The notes: generated from the sequence alone by a model not told the origin. 64,000 nucleotides of DNA from an uncultured cyanobacterium (GCA_963719515.1 CAVRCJ010000005.1:227948-291947); one strand, 5' to 3'. Shown: positions 30,240 to 40,300, counted from the first letter of the stretch. Numbers and translations are program-made.

Positions 30240-30659
30240 ATGATCGTCATTCACCACAACCCAGACTGCGGCACTTCCCGCAATGTTCTCAAGACAATCG
30301 AGGCGGCGGGCTTCGAGCCCGTTGTCATCGATTACCTCAAAGAAGGCTGGACAAAGCCCCAGCTGCTAGCGCTCTTCGCCGCTGCTGACCTCACGCCCCG
30401 CCTAGCTCTGCGCGAGACCAAATCCCCCGCCGCCGAGCTAGGCCTTTTAGCGCCAGAAGTCACCGACGACGCCATCCTCGCCGCCATGCTTGAGCACCCG
30501 GTGCTCGTCAATCGGCCCATCGTCTGCACGCGGAAGGGCGTCAAGCTCTGCCGTCCCAGCGAAACCGTCCTCGACATGCTTGAGCAATGGCCTCCGGGAC
30601 CCTTTGAAAAGGAAGACGGAGCGCTGTTAATCGACAGCAACGGCAGGCGCGTGAGCTGA
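30240..30659 (+). CDS. arsC: Arsenate reductase, glutaredoxin-dependent ArsC family
   Basis: HHNPDCGTSRN, HPVLVNRPIV, KLCRPSE, FEKEDG. Confidence 0.9.
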   Translation: MIVIHHNPDCGTSRNVLKTIEAAGFEPVVIDYLKEGWTKPQLLALFAAADLTPRLALRETKSPAAELGLLAPEVTDDAILAAMLEHPVLVNRPIVCTRKGVKLCRPSETVLDMLEQWPPGPFEKEDGALLIDSNGRRVS

Positions 30660-30669
30660 TAGAGGGCGA

Positions 30670-31212
30670 CTAGCGATCGCGCTGAGCGAGCTGCTCTAGA
30701 AGCTGAATAGCCTGCTCCAAAGACCCCTGCATGGCTTGCATTTGTTGCTCAATTCCATCGAGTCGCTGGAGAACGGCGTCGGGAGCCTCTACTTGTGAAA
30801 GAGGGGGCAAGGGCTGGGTCACGGCTACTTCTTGAGTCGCGGCTTCAGGACTCACCGCTGAACTAGATGTCGGATCCTTGTTGAGCTTATCGGCCAAGGC
30901 ATTCCATCCTCTGGCCTTGAGTCCAAAATGTGCTTTGGCATCATCAAAGTTAGCAAACTGCTGCTGAAGCTGCTGGGCGGTGTAGCGAGGCTGGGCCAGC
31001 GCGGCGGCTTGGTCCAAATCTTCTTCCACCATTTCCACCACCTCACCGATCAGCCGGTCGTGATTTTCCGCTAGCTGAGCCGCCGCCCCTAAAATTCGAG
31101 AGGTGGCCTTGATCTGGACGGCGTCCTCCTGCCGGAGCTGGTTGGCGATGGTCCGGATGCGATCGCCCAGTTTCGACTGATGGGACATCGGCGTAGTGGG
31201 TGTTTCGCTCAC
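30670..31212 (-). CDS. Hypothetical helical protein with C-terminal coiled coil
   Basis: 180-aa ORF 9 bp downstream of its partner, RBS AGGAAG; motif FDDAKAHFGLKARGWNALADKL. Confidence 0.75.
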   Translation of the reverse strand: MSETPTTPMSHQSKLGDRIRTIANQLRQEDAVQIKATSRILGAAAQLAENHDRLIGEVVEMVEEDLDQAAALAQPRYTAQQLQQQFANFDDAKAHFGLKARGWNALADKLNKDPTSSSAVSPEAATQEVAVTQPLPPLSQVEAPDAVLQRLDGIEQQMQAMQGSLEQAIQLLEQLAQRDR

Positions 31213-31221
31213 GCGGTCTTC

Positions 31222-32004
31222 CTATTCTGCAAGAATATCGCGGACGGTCTGCCAGATACGCTGGAACTTTTGCAGCAGACCAATGGGCGTGTCGTCGCCC
31301 TCTTCCACAGAGTCAACCAGGCTCTGAATGCGGTCCATGCGCCCCGCCAGCTCTTCGAGGTTGCCAATGGCGGTCTCTTTGCGCTCTAAGGAGTCGCGCA
31401 GCAGGACGGTCATCTCGCCAATCTCCTTTCTAAGCCGCTCGTTCTCCCGCTTGCGGCGAGTCTCCCACCCCTTGATGCCGGCCTTTGAGCGCCGCTCAAA
31501 CTTGAGGTCAGACTGAGCTTCGGTATAGAGGGTAATGTAGCGATCGCGTTCGCCCTGGACCGTCTCAAGGGTGATCAGTAGTTCACCGCTGCGGGCTGTC
31601 TCCTGATTGTACAGGTCTAGATAAGACTGGGCCTGCTGCTGGGCTTCTTCATATTTCGTGAGGGCAGCCTGCTGTTTCTCCTGGTAGAGCGTCAGCGTTG
31701 TCTCATAGACCTGTTTGTCTTGCTGGTAGAGCGTCAGCGTCGTCTGATGCTTGTGCTGCTCTTCTTCGTAAAGAGCCAGCGTCGTTTGACCTTTTTGCTG
31801 TTCTTCTTCGTAGAGCGCGTAATTTTGCTCGACCTGCCGCTTGAAGTCCTGCGCTAGCTGTTGCGACTCATCTCTTTGCGACTGCACAGTCATTAAACGC
31901 TGTTTTAGGTCTTTGGTAGACACAGGTTCTAACTGACGCGATCGCAGATTTCTAATCACGTTGTCATCGGACTCACTGCGGCGATCGGCTCTTCGCATCG
32001 GCAT
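31222..32004 (-). CDS. Hypothetical coiled-coil protein with 14-aa repeats
   Basis: 260 aa, Q/E-rich; repeats TTL(A/T)LY(E/Q)xxxxxxx; motif ERRSKAGIKGWETRRKRENERL. Confidence 0.8.
   Translation of the reverse strand: MPMRRADRRSESDDNVIRNLRSRQLEPVSTKDLKQRLMTVQSQRDESQQLAQDFKRQVEQNYALYEEEQQKGQTTLALYEEEQHKHQTTLTLYQQDKQVYETTLTLYQEKQQAALTKYEEAQQQAQSYLDLYNQETARSGELLITLETVQGERDRYITLYTEAQSDLKFERRSKAGIKGWETRRKRENERLRKEIGEMTVLLRDSLERKETAIGNLEELAGRMDRIQSLVDSVEEGDDTPIGLLQKFQRIWQTVRDILAE
31684..31851 (-). repeat. 42-bp degenerate tandem repeat (4 units) inside the coiled-coil gene
   Basis: Plus-strand gta(g/a)ag-starting units recur at 31684, 31726, 31768 and 31810, exactly 42 nt apart. Confidence 0.8.
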
Positions 32005-32120
32005 GTCGGCACACCCCTTTCCGGGAATCTTGTTTCTTAAGCATAGATAGCCCCGACAGAGCTAATTTCAATCAGCTCTAGACTTTAAACAATCTTCAGG
32101 GCAAATTCACAAAACAGCCC

Positions 32121-33989
32121 CTACCCCTCACGCCGATCGCTCAACCGCTCTGTGGTCATCGGACAGCGATCGCCACTTTGGTTTGACTTCGGGGGCACCA
32201 AGCCTACCACGTGGGGCACTGGCCGAGGAATGTAGCCCATCAGCGACTCCCCTTCATAGGCCAGCGACGTGCTGGCTCCCGAATCTAGCATGATCGCTTC
32301 TCTCACCCCATATTGGGCCAAGGTTTCCGCCAGGTAGATAGCATCAATGCGCTCGTGGGTGACGCCGATAACCGGCTGACCAGCCCGGTTAATGCCCCAA
32401 AAAGCGCGGTGGCGGGGGGCGTCAAAGTCAAATAGGCCGTTAAACGATTCTGGAGACTGGGGCCGTCCGTCCTTCACTAGCCACGCTGCAGCCACAAAGG
32501 CATCGGTGACTCCGGGCATTGCCTGCCGAATCCCCGCTAGGGTATTGTGCTGGTCGGCGTCAAACGGTATAAACCGGACCCCACCATCACTGATTAGCAC
32601 CAGCGGACGCCCGTTGAGCAAAGGATTTTCTCCCGGCTCGCCCGGCACAAACTGCCGTGTGCTGCGGCTAAACACCGGGCCGATCATCGTGTTGGAGTCG
32701 AGGTACTGCATGGAGAAAAAGCCCCCATCAACCGCCGCAACAATATCGGTATTGGCAATAATTTCGTTCACCTGGTAACGGCTGTCGGCGTGAATGGTGA
32801 CCGGCTTGCCGCCATAGATCAAGGACATAGGCACGTCATCAATCATGACTTCGGCCTTCTGCACCGGATCTCCAAAGTTGAACGTAGTACCCCAGCTCTG
32901 GGACGGTGGACCACCCCAGGCTTCCTCCAATGCCCAAGCAATCTGAGATTGCCCCACGCGGTCTACGGCCAAGAGGGTTTCCGACTCCCCGGCAAAGCGG
33001 TCTTCCCAGTTGTCCATCGTCAGCGCAGCGCGGTAGCCTGCCTCTTCTACAGCCTCGGCCACTCGCTCGTCGTAGTTGCCTTCTGGGTAGGTGAAGTATT
33101 GAATGGGGATACCCAGCTTTTCTTCTAGAATCCGTTTTGACTGCACCACTTCAGTCTGCAGCTCTGCGTCCAGCACTTCTCGTAGGTCAGAAGGATGGTT
33201 GACGCTGTGGGCCGCGATGGTCACGAGCGGACTATTGGCCATCTCCTGCACCTGGTCCCAGGTCATGCCGGGGCGACCGTGGTCACGGCCCACCTTGTAG
33301 GTATAGATGGAGAACAGGCCCGGGTAGCCATATTCTTTTAGTAGCGGAAACACCTGCTCGTAATGTCCTAAATAGCCGTCGTCAAAGGTGAGCAGCACTG
33401 GCTTCTCCGGCAGCGGTAGTCCCGTCCGCAGGTGAGACACCAGCTGATCCATGGAAATGGGGGTGACGCCCTGCTCTTGAATGAGCTGCAGGTGGGCTTC
33501 AAATTCTTCGTAGGTGACGTCGAAGAACACCTCTTTTTCCGCCACGATGTCGTGGTACATCAAGACCGGCACCCGAGCCAGCTGCGATCGCTCGCTGAGT
33601 TCTGGCCAGGGCTGAGGAGACAGGTTGGCCGCCAGCTGAGGGCCGAAAGAGCGCACCATTGCCGTCATCGCGGTTTCGGGCTGCTCTACCCAGCTCGCCA
33701 GCTGCGCAGCCTGGGTGGCGATCGCGTCCATTTGTGTGGTCAAGGTCGACGGCTGGATGAAGCAGGTCGAGTTGAAGCTTTCCCCATCGAAAGGGCGATC
33801 GCCCTGGGACTCTCCAGACGGGCTATCCCAGTCGCTGCTCTGAGCATAAAACTCCTGGACCTCCTCCTGAGAAGTCGCCTCCTGAGAAGTCGCCTCTTGA
33901 GATGTCCCGAGCATCAGGGGTGCAGACAGGAGCGCTGCAGCGGGTACCAGCCCTAGCAAAAGACGGAATCGGTTAGGTAACAGTGGCAT
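32121..33989 (-). CDS. Exported polysaccharide deacetylase (NodB) with C-terminal phosphodiester-glycosidase-like domain
   Basis: Signal peptide; VPVLMYH, VLLTFDDGY, AHSVNH, FTYPEG; C-terminal VDGGFF, RHRAFWG, AIMLDSGAST. Confidence 0.88.
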   Translation of the reverse strand: MPLLPNRFRLLLGLVPAAALLSAPLMLGTSQEATSQEATSQEEVQEFYAQSSDWDSPSGESQGDRPFDGESFNSTCFIQPSTLTTQMDAIATQAAQLASWVEQPETAMTAMVRSFGPQLAANLSPQPWPELSERSQLARVPVLMYHDIVAEKEVFFDVTYEEFEAHLQLIQEQGVTPISMDQLVSHLRTGLPLPEKPVLLTFDDGYLGHYEQVFPLLKEYGYPGLFSIYTYKVGRDHGRPGMTWDQVQEMANSPLVTIAAHSVNHPSDLREVLDAELQTEVVQSKRILEEKLGIPIQYFTYPEGNYDERVAEAVEEAGYRAALTMDNWEDRFAGESETLLAVDRVGQSQIAWALEEAWGGPPSQSWGTTFNFGDPVQKAEVMIDDVPMSLIYGGKPVTIHADSRYQVNEIIANTDIVAAVDGGFFSMQYLDSNTMIGPVFSRSTRQFVPGEPGENPLLNGRPLVLISDGGVRFIPFDADQHNTLAGIRQAMPGVTDAFVAAAWLVKDGRPQSPESFNGLFDFDAPRHRAFWGINRAGQPVIGVTHERIDAIYLAETLAQYGVREAIMLDSGASTSLAYEGESLMGYIPRPVPHVVGLVPPKSNQSGDRCPMTTERLSDRREG

Positions 33990-34121
33990 TGTCGGCAGCG
34001 TAGGGGTGAGCTGTGGATTGGGGAGGTGGCGCTCAAACCGCCACGGCGATCGCTCCCACCGATGTTTTACCCGATCTTAGTCGAAATACGAGGTCATTTA
34101 GGCAACATCAGGACAAACAAT

Positions 34122-35192
34122 TTAAAGCACCCGGCGAATCACCGCCTCGGGAACCTGGTCCACCAGCGTCGCTGCCCCCAACGCCGTCGGCAGCACAAAG
34201 CGCACCCGCCCCTGCTTCACCTTTTTGTCGGCCTGCAGCGCCGCAATTACGGCGTCGGGGTCGAGGTCGGGTAGCGCCGTCGGCAGACCCGCTGCGGCAA
34301 TGAGCCGGTTTTGGCGCTCGGCCATTGCCTCCTCCCAGTAGCCCAATTCAACGGCGATCGCCCCCGCAGCCACCATGCCCAGCGCCACCGCTTCCCCATG
34401 GTTGACGCTGCTGTAGCCCGTGAGGCTCTCTACCGCATGGCCGAGGGTGTGGCCGTAGTTCAAAATCGCCCGCAGCCCCGCCTCCTTTTCGTCCTTGCTC
34501 ACCACGTCAGCCTTGGCCTGACAGGAGCGCACCAAAATCATCTGCAGCAGCTCGGTGGGCATGTCGGGCTGTAGGGAGGGAGCCACCTCCAGCTTTTCAA
34601 ATAGGTCTAAGTCCCAGATAATGCCGTACTTAATCACCTCCGCCATGCCTGCGCGAAATTCCCGCACCGGTAGGGTAGCCAGCACCTCTGGGTCAATCAC
34701 CACCTGGCGCGGCTGATGGAAGGCTCCGATCAGGTTTTTGCCCTGGGGGTGGTTGACGCCCGTCTTGCCCCCCACTGAAGCATCCACCATGGCCAACAGC
34801 GACGTCGGCACCTGCACAAAGCGAATTCCCCGCAGCCAGGTTGCCGCAGCAAAGCCGGTCATATCGCCGATGACGCCGCCACCTAGCGACACCATCGCGG
34901 AGGAGCGCTCTAGCTGGTGGGCCAAGGCCGCGTCGTACAGGGTTTGAATTGAGCCCAGGGTTTTGTGGGATTCCCCATCGGGAAGCAGGCAGGAGGCCAC
35001 CGCAAATCCGGCCTGCTCTAGGGCAGCGATCGCCCGCGGGCCGTAGTGCCCAAACACCGTGGGGTTAGACACCAACAGCAGCCGGTTACCGGGCAGCAGG
35101 GGCTTGAGGCTAGCGCCCAGCTGGGCTAGGCTACCGGGGGCGATGACGACGTCATAGCTATCGACGGGCAGAGAGACGGTAATGGCGGTCAT
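34122..35192 (-). CDS. aroB: 3-dehydroquinate synthase
   Basis: [68 protein letters not shown] at 35192. Confidence 0.96.
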   Translation of the reverse strand: MTAITVSLPVDSYDVVIAPGSLAQLGASLKPLLPGNRLLLVSNPTVFGHYGPRAIAALEQAGFAVASCLLPDGESHKTLGSIQTLYDAALAHQLERSSAMVSLGGGVIGDMTGFAAATWLRGIRFVQVPTSLLAMVDASVGGKTGVNHPQGKNLIGAFHQPRQVVIDPEVLATLPVREFRAGMAEVIKYGIIWDLDLFEKLEVAPSLQPDMPTELLQMILVRSCQAKADVVSKDEKEAGLRAILNYGHTLGHAVESLTGYSSVNHGEAVALGMVAAGAIAVELGYWEEAMAERQNRLIAAAGLPTALPDLDPDAVIAALQADKKVKQGRVRFVLPTALGAATLVDQVPEAVIRRVL

Positions 35193-35325
35193 GGTAGACG
35201 GTCTTTGAGACGGCTGAATGACTGGGCGTACAGAAATAAGGTTTACTAGAATTACTGATGTCTGGCCAGGGCGCGAGAGCCGTGACAGGCTATCAGGCAA
35301 GTTCACTGTCTAAGGAGTATGGGTT

Positions 35326-35421
35326 ATGTCTGGAGCGATCGCCTACGTTTTGATGCTGGGACTGTTCACAGGGGTGGCGTTTGGCCTGTATCTGGGTCTG
35401 CGGGCGGTAAAAGTTATCTAA
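35326..35421 (+). CDS. petL: Cytochrome b6f subunit PetL (31 aa; not in ORF track)
   Basis: Hand translation MSGAIAYVLMLGLFTGVAFGLYLGLRAVKVI*; single TM helix with GLR..K.I end typical of PetL; RBS AAGGAG at 35312-35317. Confidence 0.9.
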   Translation: MSGAIAYVLMLGLFTGVAFGLYLGLRAVKVI

Positions 35422-36647
35422 TCCGGCTGGCGCAGGATACCAAACACAGAGGTGTACCCGTGAACAAACGTCGTTTGCCCCACGGGTCCTATTTCTCCGT
35501 TGCAGAAAAAGCCGCTTAAGGGCGTGCCCTGAACATACTGATTAAACAGCTGGGAGTCGAAGTTGGCCTCCTTGTAGAGGTGCTCGCCCCGCCCCAGACA
35601 GGAAAACAGTAGGGCCCCAATCGAGCTGACGTTTTGCGCTGGCTCCTGGAACTGGTTTTGGTACTGGCGCAGCAGCCCCTCAAGATCGTCTGCCGAGGTC
35701 TTGGCGTCCCGCAGATGGAACTGAATTCGCATTCCGGGCCGGACGCGATCGCCAATGGCCAGCGCCCCGCCCCTCGGGTCGACCCCCATCAAGTTACGGA
35801 TTAGAAAGTCGCCCTGCTCCAGCACCCGCTTAAATTCGCTCTGGGCGACGCCAACAAACAGCGACTGCTGGGCGAGTTCTCGCTCTTCAGGGGTCAGGTC
35901 GTTGGCCAGCTCCTGCAAGGCGTTAAGGGGCGGTTCGGGTTCGGCGTCGCCGCTGGCTTCCTGCACCTTGAGAATCACGTTGCGATCGCCTTCTACCACC
36001 TGGTACACGGGGCCGATAGGCCGACAGCCCTGGGCCACAATTGCATCTAAGGTAACGTTGCCGCTGAGAGCCACGCCCACCGCCCCGCCCTGAAGGGCTG
36101 CCCCTTGATAAAACAGCGATCCTTGCTGACCTGAGGACCCTGTGCTCGCTAGACCGCCGACCTTAGTCGCGCTGGGGTAGGCGTAGTCTAGCCCCTGTAG
36201 AAGGTCGTTCATCATGCCGGAGATGGGGTCGGCCAGTAGAATAAAGCAGGGCTGAGACTCAGGGGAAACCCCTACTAGGTCAATCCAGCGGTCGGGCGGC
36301 CCGTCTAGGTCCGGGAGCTTGGTGGACACAATGCGGAAGGGTGTGACGGTGACCTCTGGCAGCTCTGCCAAGGCGATGCTGAGGGCTACGTCCCCCTCAA
36401 TTTCTTGAGAGGCGGTCTGGCCAGCCGTCCCGATGATTCCCCCGCCGCTACAGCCGATTAGCGTTGGCACCGACAGCTTCTCTTTGAGGAGCGGCATGAG
36501 GCGGGGATACTCGCTGGCGAAAGCCGCCGATATGAACACAAACCCAACGTCAGGGTTTGCCGAAGGCGACACCTGGGCTTGCTCCACCACTTCGTCAACT
36601 GCCGCCTCTAGGGAAGCACGGGTGGATAATGCACTGGTCCAACGCAT
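35418..36647 (-). CDS. FIST N/C domain signal-transduction protein
   Basis: LIGCSGGGII, KVGGLAS, VAQGCRPIG, FLIRNLMG, FSCLGRG, GFFCNGEIGP. Confidence 0.9.
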   Translation of the reverse strand: MRWTSALSTRASLEAAVDEVVEQAQVSPSANPDVGFVFISAAFASEYPRLMPLLKEKLSVPTLIGCSGGGIIGTAGQTASQEIEGDVALSIALAELPEVTVTPFRIVSTKLPDLDGPPDRWIDLVGVSPESQPCFILLADPISGMMNDLLQGLDYAYPSATKVGGLASTGSSGQQGSLFYQGAALQGGAVGVALSGNVTLDAIVAQGCRPIGPVYQVVEGDRNVILKVQEASGDAEPEPPLNALQELANDLTPEERELAQQSLFVGVAQSEFKRVLEQGDFLIRNLMGVDPRGGALAIGDRVRPGMRIQFHLRDAKTSADDLEGLLRQYQNQFQEPAQNVSSIGALLFSCLGRGEHLYKEANFDSQLFNQYVQGTPLSGFFCNGEIGPVGQTTFVHGYTSVFGILRQPD

Positions 36648-36966
36648 AGGCTCTACTCGATAACAGGCAACAACATTAAGCCCATCTTAAGGCTTCTTCA
36701 TTAGGGGACTCATGCAAAGAGAGCCCTCAAGATGACCATCCCAGGTGAATGGTGAGTGAGGGTCATTCATCACAATTACAAATCAATTCTATTAGGTATC
36801 CTGCACAGCGGTTGATTCAGTCGGTGCAGCACGCCAACTAACGGCTTTCAGGCCTTATTTCCCTGTTGACCGAGTCTAAAGATAATCTTCAAGATAGGTT
36901 GGCTTAGATAAAAACGCTAGGATAATCGTATTGGAAAACTGAATCATTGATACTACGGGTAATCCT

Positions 36967-37191
36967 ATGAGCGATATCAAAACTCAGATTGAACAGGAAC
37001 GGGACCAAGCTCGCGCCGTTTGCGATACCGATGGCGCCACCTCCGAGGGCTGTGCAGCGGCTTGGGACGCGGTAGAAGAGCTTCAGGCCGAAGCCTCTCA
37101 CCAGCAAAATAATCAGCCTAAGAAGAATTCTCTTGAAACCTACTGCGACAACAACCCGGACGCTGACGAGTGCCGCATTTACGACGACTAA
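36967..37191 (+). CDS. cp12: Calvin-cycle regulatory protein CP12
   Basis: Core AWDAVEEL motif, N- and C-terminal Cys pairs, ends YCDNNPDADECRIYDD. Confidence 0.95.
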   Translation: MSDIKTQIEQERDQARAVCDTDGATSEGCAAAWDAVEELQAEASHQQNNQPKKNSLETYCDNNPDADECRIYDD

Positions 37192-37425
37192 GTGAGTCGC
37201 CAAGAGTAAGCGATCTTGGCCTTTGGCGAGAATTTCCGCTAAGGGGCATCTAGCAGCTTTCCTTTTGGCCGCCCGCTCAGCGAGATGGCCCTACGCTCAG
37301 GGGAAGCGCTCTTCAATAAAGCAGGTCAATTTAATAAAGTGGTGCCCTTCCAGCCCGCCATAGACGGGGGCTTGGGAGGGTTCACTTTTGGGCAAACCTG
37401 GATTTGATAAAACTTGTGGTGAGGC

Positions 37426-37989
37426 GTGAGGTACGCAGTGGCAGATGAGCAGGGCGCGGAACAAGCAGCCATGTTGCTGGCGCTCCCCAACGCCGAGGCA
37501 ACTCAGCGACTAGGCGCGGCGCTGGCCGAACTCCCCGCCGGCAGTACGCTGTTGCTAAAGGGTGACTTGGGCAGCGGTAAAACAACCTTGGCACAGGGAC
37601 TAGGGCGTCAATTAGGTATTTCTGAGCCTATCGCCAGCCCTACTTTTTCTCTTTTAAACGAATACACGGACGGGACATTGCCGCTCTACCACTTTGACCT
37701 CTACCGCTTAGACCCTGACCAAGTTGCCGCGCTGGCCCCCGAGCAATATTGGGATGGAATCGAGGCCCCAGCTGGAATTACGCTAATTGAGTGGTGCGAT
37801 CGCTTGCCCTACCATCCAGAGACAGCGCTCAATCTTACCCTAGAGGCGATCGCTCCCGACCCTACGCTAGCGGGTGATTCCGAGTCGGACCAGGCTGAGC
37901 TGGGGCGCGTGGCGACCCTCACGCTGACGGGAAGCTCTGAGGTCTCCCTAGAGGCGATCGCGATCGCGTTTGAGCGCCATGGGCATTAA
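37426..37989 (+). CDS. tsaE: tRNA t6A biosynthesis ATPase TsaE
   Basis: LLLKGDLGSGKTT, SPTFSLLNEY, YHFDLYRL, LIEW; start uncertain. Confidence 0.93.
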   Translation: MRYAVADEQGAEQAAMLLALPNAEATQRLGAALAELPAGSTLLLKGDLGSGKTTLAQGLGRQLGISEPIASPTFSLLNEYTDGTLPLYHFDLYRLDPDQVAALAPEQYWDGIEAPAGITLIEWCDRLPYHPETALNLTLEAIAPDPTLAGDSESDQAELGRVATLTLTGSSEVSLEAIAIAFERHGH

Positions 37990-38120
37990 TTCACTTGAGC
38001 GCTACCCCACTTGAACAATAGCCCGTTCAATGGGATAGCCCATTCGAGCGCCAGTAAGAGCGATAGGGCTACTCTACAATAAGGTGTAAATCCCTAGCGG
38101 TCATCGCCCCCGTCAAACCC

Positions 38121-39344
38121 ATGTTGGATCTTCGCTTTGGCCTTGCCACCGACCTCCACATCGCCCTACCCGACACCATCCCCGCTACCGCCAATCGATT
38201 TCACCGTACTGAGCTGAGCATTGCGGCTTTCGAAGAAGCTCTAGCCACCTTTGATCAGCTAGCCCTAGACTTCCTGCTCATCTCGGGGGACCTTACCCAA
38301 GACGGGGAACGGGACAACCACGCTTGGCTATCCCAGAGGTTGTCCCAGCTGTCTTACCCCGTCTACGTCGTGCCCGGAAACCACGACATTGTGACGCCGC
38401 AGGGCAACCAGGAGACCATCGGCGCTGCTGACTTTCGCCGGTACTATGCTAAGTTCGGCTATGCCGACGCCGATAAGTCTGGCTATGCTGACGCCGATAA
38501 GTTCGGCTATGCCGACGCCGATAAGTCTAGCTACGCCGACGCTAACACAACTGGCTGTGCCGACACCGATAAGCTCTACTACACCCTACAAATTGCTCCC
38601 CAGGTGAGGCTAATCGGCCTCAACTCCATCTTCTTTGAGGAAGACCGCCAAACCTACCGGGGACAGCTCGACGAGGCCCAGCTGCAGTGGCTTAAGGCTG
38701 TGCTGCAGGCCTCTGAAGACGAGCTGGTGATGGTGATGGTACACCACAACGTCATCGAGCACCTGCCCGGGCAGGCCGAGAGTGAACTTGGACAGCGCTA
38801 TATGCTGAGAAACGCGCCAGACCTACTGGAGCTGCTGTCTCACCACGGGGTGCAGCTGATTTTTACCGGTCACCTCCACGTCCAAGATGTAGCCCAAAAA
38901 CTCTACCATCAGCCCATTTACGACATCGCCACCGGCTCAACCGTCAGCTACCCTCACCCCTTTCGAGTTATGCGATATCGCGAGACGACTGCCGGACAGG
39001 GGCAATTACAGATCGAGTCGTGCCACATCCAAGCCGTTCCGGGCATAGAAGACCTGCAGACCGACTCCCGCGAATTTATGAGCGATCGCTCGGCGCGCTT
39101 CATCAAGCGCCTGCTCACCGATCCCCCCCTTGGACTCTCTGATGAGGCCGCAAGCCAGTATCTCCCAGATCTGCGCTACCTGTGGGCCGACATTGCTCGA
39201 GGAGATGCCCAGTTTAGCTTCCCTCAGTTTGAGCCAGCGGTGCAGCGATACTTTGAGCGATTTAGCTGCAAAGCGGCTGTCGACAACGCTGCGGTCTTAG
39301 CGGTGCAGCGCCCGGTCAGCAAGGCTCTGACGGCACCAGGTTAA
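38121..39344 (+). CDS. Calcineurin-like metallophosphoesterase
   Basis: TDLH, SGDLTQDG, VPGNHD, MVHH, TGHLH. Confidence 0.9.
   Translation: MLDLRFGLATDLHIALPDTIPATANRFHRTELSIAAFEEALATFDQLALDFLLISGDLTQDGERDNHAWLSQRLSQLSYPVYVVPGNHDIVTPQGNQETIGAADFRRYYAKFGYADADKSGYADADKFGYADADKSSYADANTTGCADTDKLYYTLQIAPQVRLIGLNSIFFEEDRQTYRGQLDEAQLQWLKAVLQASEDELVMVMVHHNVIEHLPGQAESELGQRYMLRNAPDLLELLSHHGVQLIFTGHLHVQDVAQKLYHQPIYDIATGSTVSYPHPFRVMRYRETTAGQGQLQIESCHIQAVPGIEDLQTDSREFMSDRSARFIKRLLTDPPLGLSDEAASQYLPDLRYLWADIARGDAQFSFPQFEPAVQRYFERFSCKAAVDNAAVLAVQRPVSKALTAPG
38451..38570 (+). repeat. 24-bp tandem repeat x5 encoding K(F/S)GYADAD-like units
   Basis: aagttcggctatgccgacgccgat / aagtctggctatgctgacgccgat / aagttcggctatgccgacgccgat / aagtctagctacgccgacgctaac / acaactggctgtgccgacaccgat. 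Confidence 0.92.
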
Positions 39345-39861
39345 TCTCAAGCGTTTTTAGCAGATAATCGAAGCGCTTTTCAGCGATCGCTAATGTCGAG
39401 GGTACGGGGTGCTGTCCGGCAGCGCCAGCACCGCGGGGTCTCGCGTAGCCGAGCTGCTTTACGGTGCCGCGCAGCCGACTCGACAGTAAGATCACCAGCG
39501 CCCGATAAAAGCGAGCGGCAAAGGCAACGTCTTGTTCCAGCTTGTCGGCTAGAGCAGCGCGGGGGATGGCTAGCACGATTGAGCGCTCAAAAGTCTTTAC
39601 GGTAGCCGAGGGGGGGCGAGCGTCAACAAAGGACATTTCTCCAACAATGTCGCCGCTGTGGAGTCGAGCCAGCTCCTTATTTCCCATAGCGGCCACAGAA
39701 ACCACAACGGTTCCTTCCAGCATGATGTAGAGCGTATCAACGGGCTTATCTTCCCAGATCAAAATGGTGCCCGATGAGATATCGCGCCGCTCCCCGACCT
39801 GAATCAGCCAGTCGATGTCGTGCTGGTTGAGCTCGCCGAGGAAAAAAAGAACCTTTTTCAT
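39316..39861 (-). CDS. Cyclic-nucleotide-binding domain protein (no obvious HTH)
   Basis: LYIMLEGTV, GDIVGEMSFVDARPPSATV; overlaps the convergent phosphoesterase gene by 29 nt. Confidence 0.85.
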   Translation of the reverse strand: MKKVLFFLGELNQHDIDWLIQVGERRDISSGTILIWEDKPVDTLYIMLEGTVVVSVAAMGNKELARLHSGDIVGEMSFVDARPPSATVKTFERSIVLAIPRAALADKLEQDVAFAARFYRALVILLSSRLRGTVKQLGYARPRGAGAAGQHPVPSTLAIAEKRFDYLLKTLEINLVPSEPC

Positions 39862-40300
39862 AGTTGACGCCTAGTGGATCCAAAGATGATGACTATGGCC
39901 GTTGAATCTGCCGCCTTTGATAGGTTTTGCAGATGCTGCTACAGCGTGAGCTTGCAAAACGCTAGATCGCGGTTAAAGTGCAGCCCAGCCGACATGCCGC
40001 GCAGCCAGAGTGCTGAGCACGGATGAATACGTGCAGCATATTACTGCTTAGCGCTATAGTTTTTGCACTTTTCTACATCTCTTATTGTGCCTTACTGCAG
40101 AAAAAATCAGGCAAGACTGAGTGACATTCACTATGAGATTGTGAGTTAGTGATATTTTTGCAAAGGCTGGGTCTGGGACTTGACACGCCGGCGGCGATGC
40201 CCCTTTCTGCCGGAACTACAATAGCTGCTTCTTATGCCATTCTGAAAAACCGGCGGATTTTAGCGGGGCAGTTTTTTCGAGGGACCAGAGGTCTCTTCCT

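Noticed and set aside
35319..35519. 66-aa track ORF MGYVWSDR...
   Set aside because: Wrong frame; the overlapping 31-aa petL frame explains the locus, and the rest is antisense to the FIST gene.
38451..38570. Tandem repeats (also 22627-22759 and 31684-31851) as CRISPR arrays
   Set aside because: Contiguous in-frame coding repeats with no unique spacers and no cas genes.
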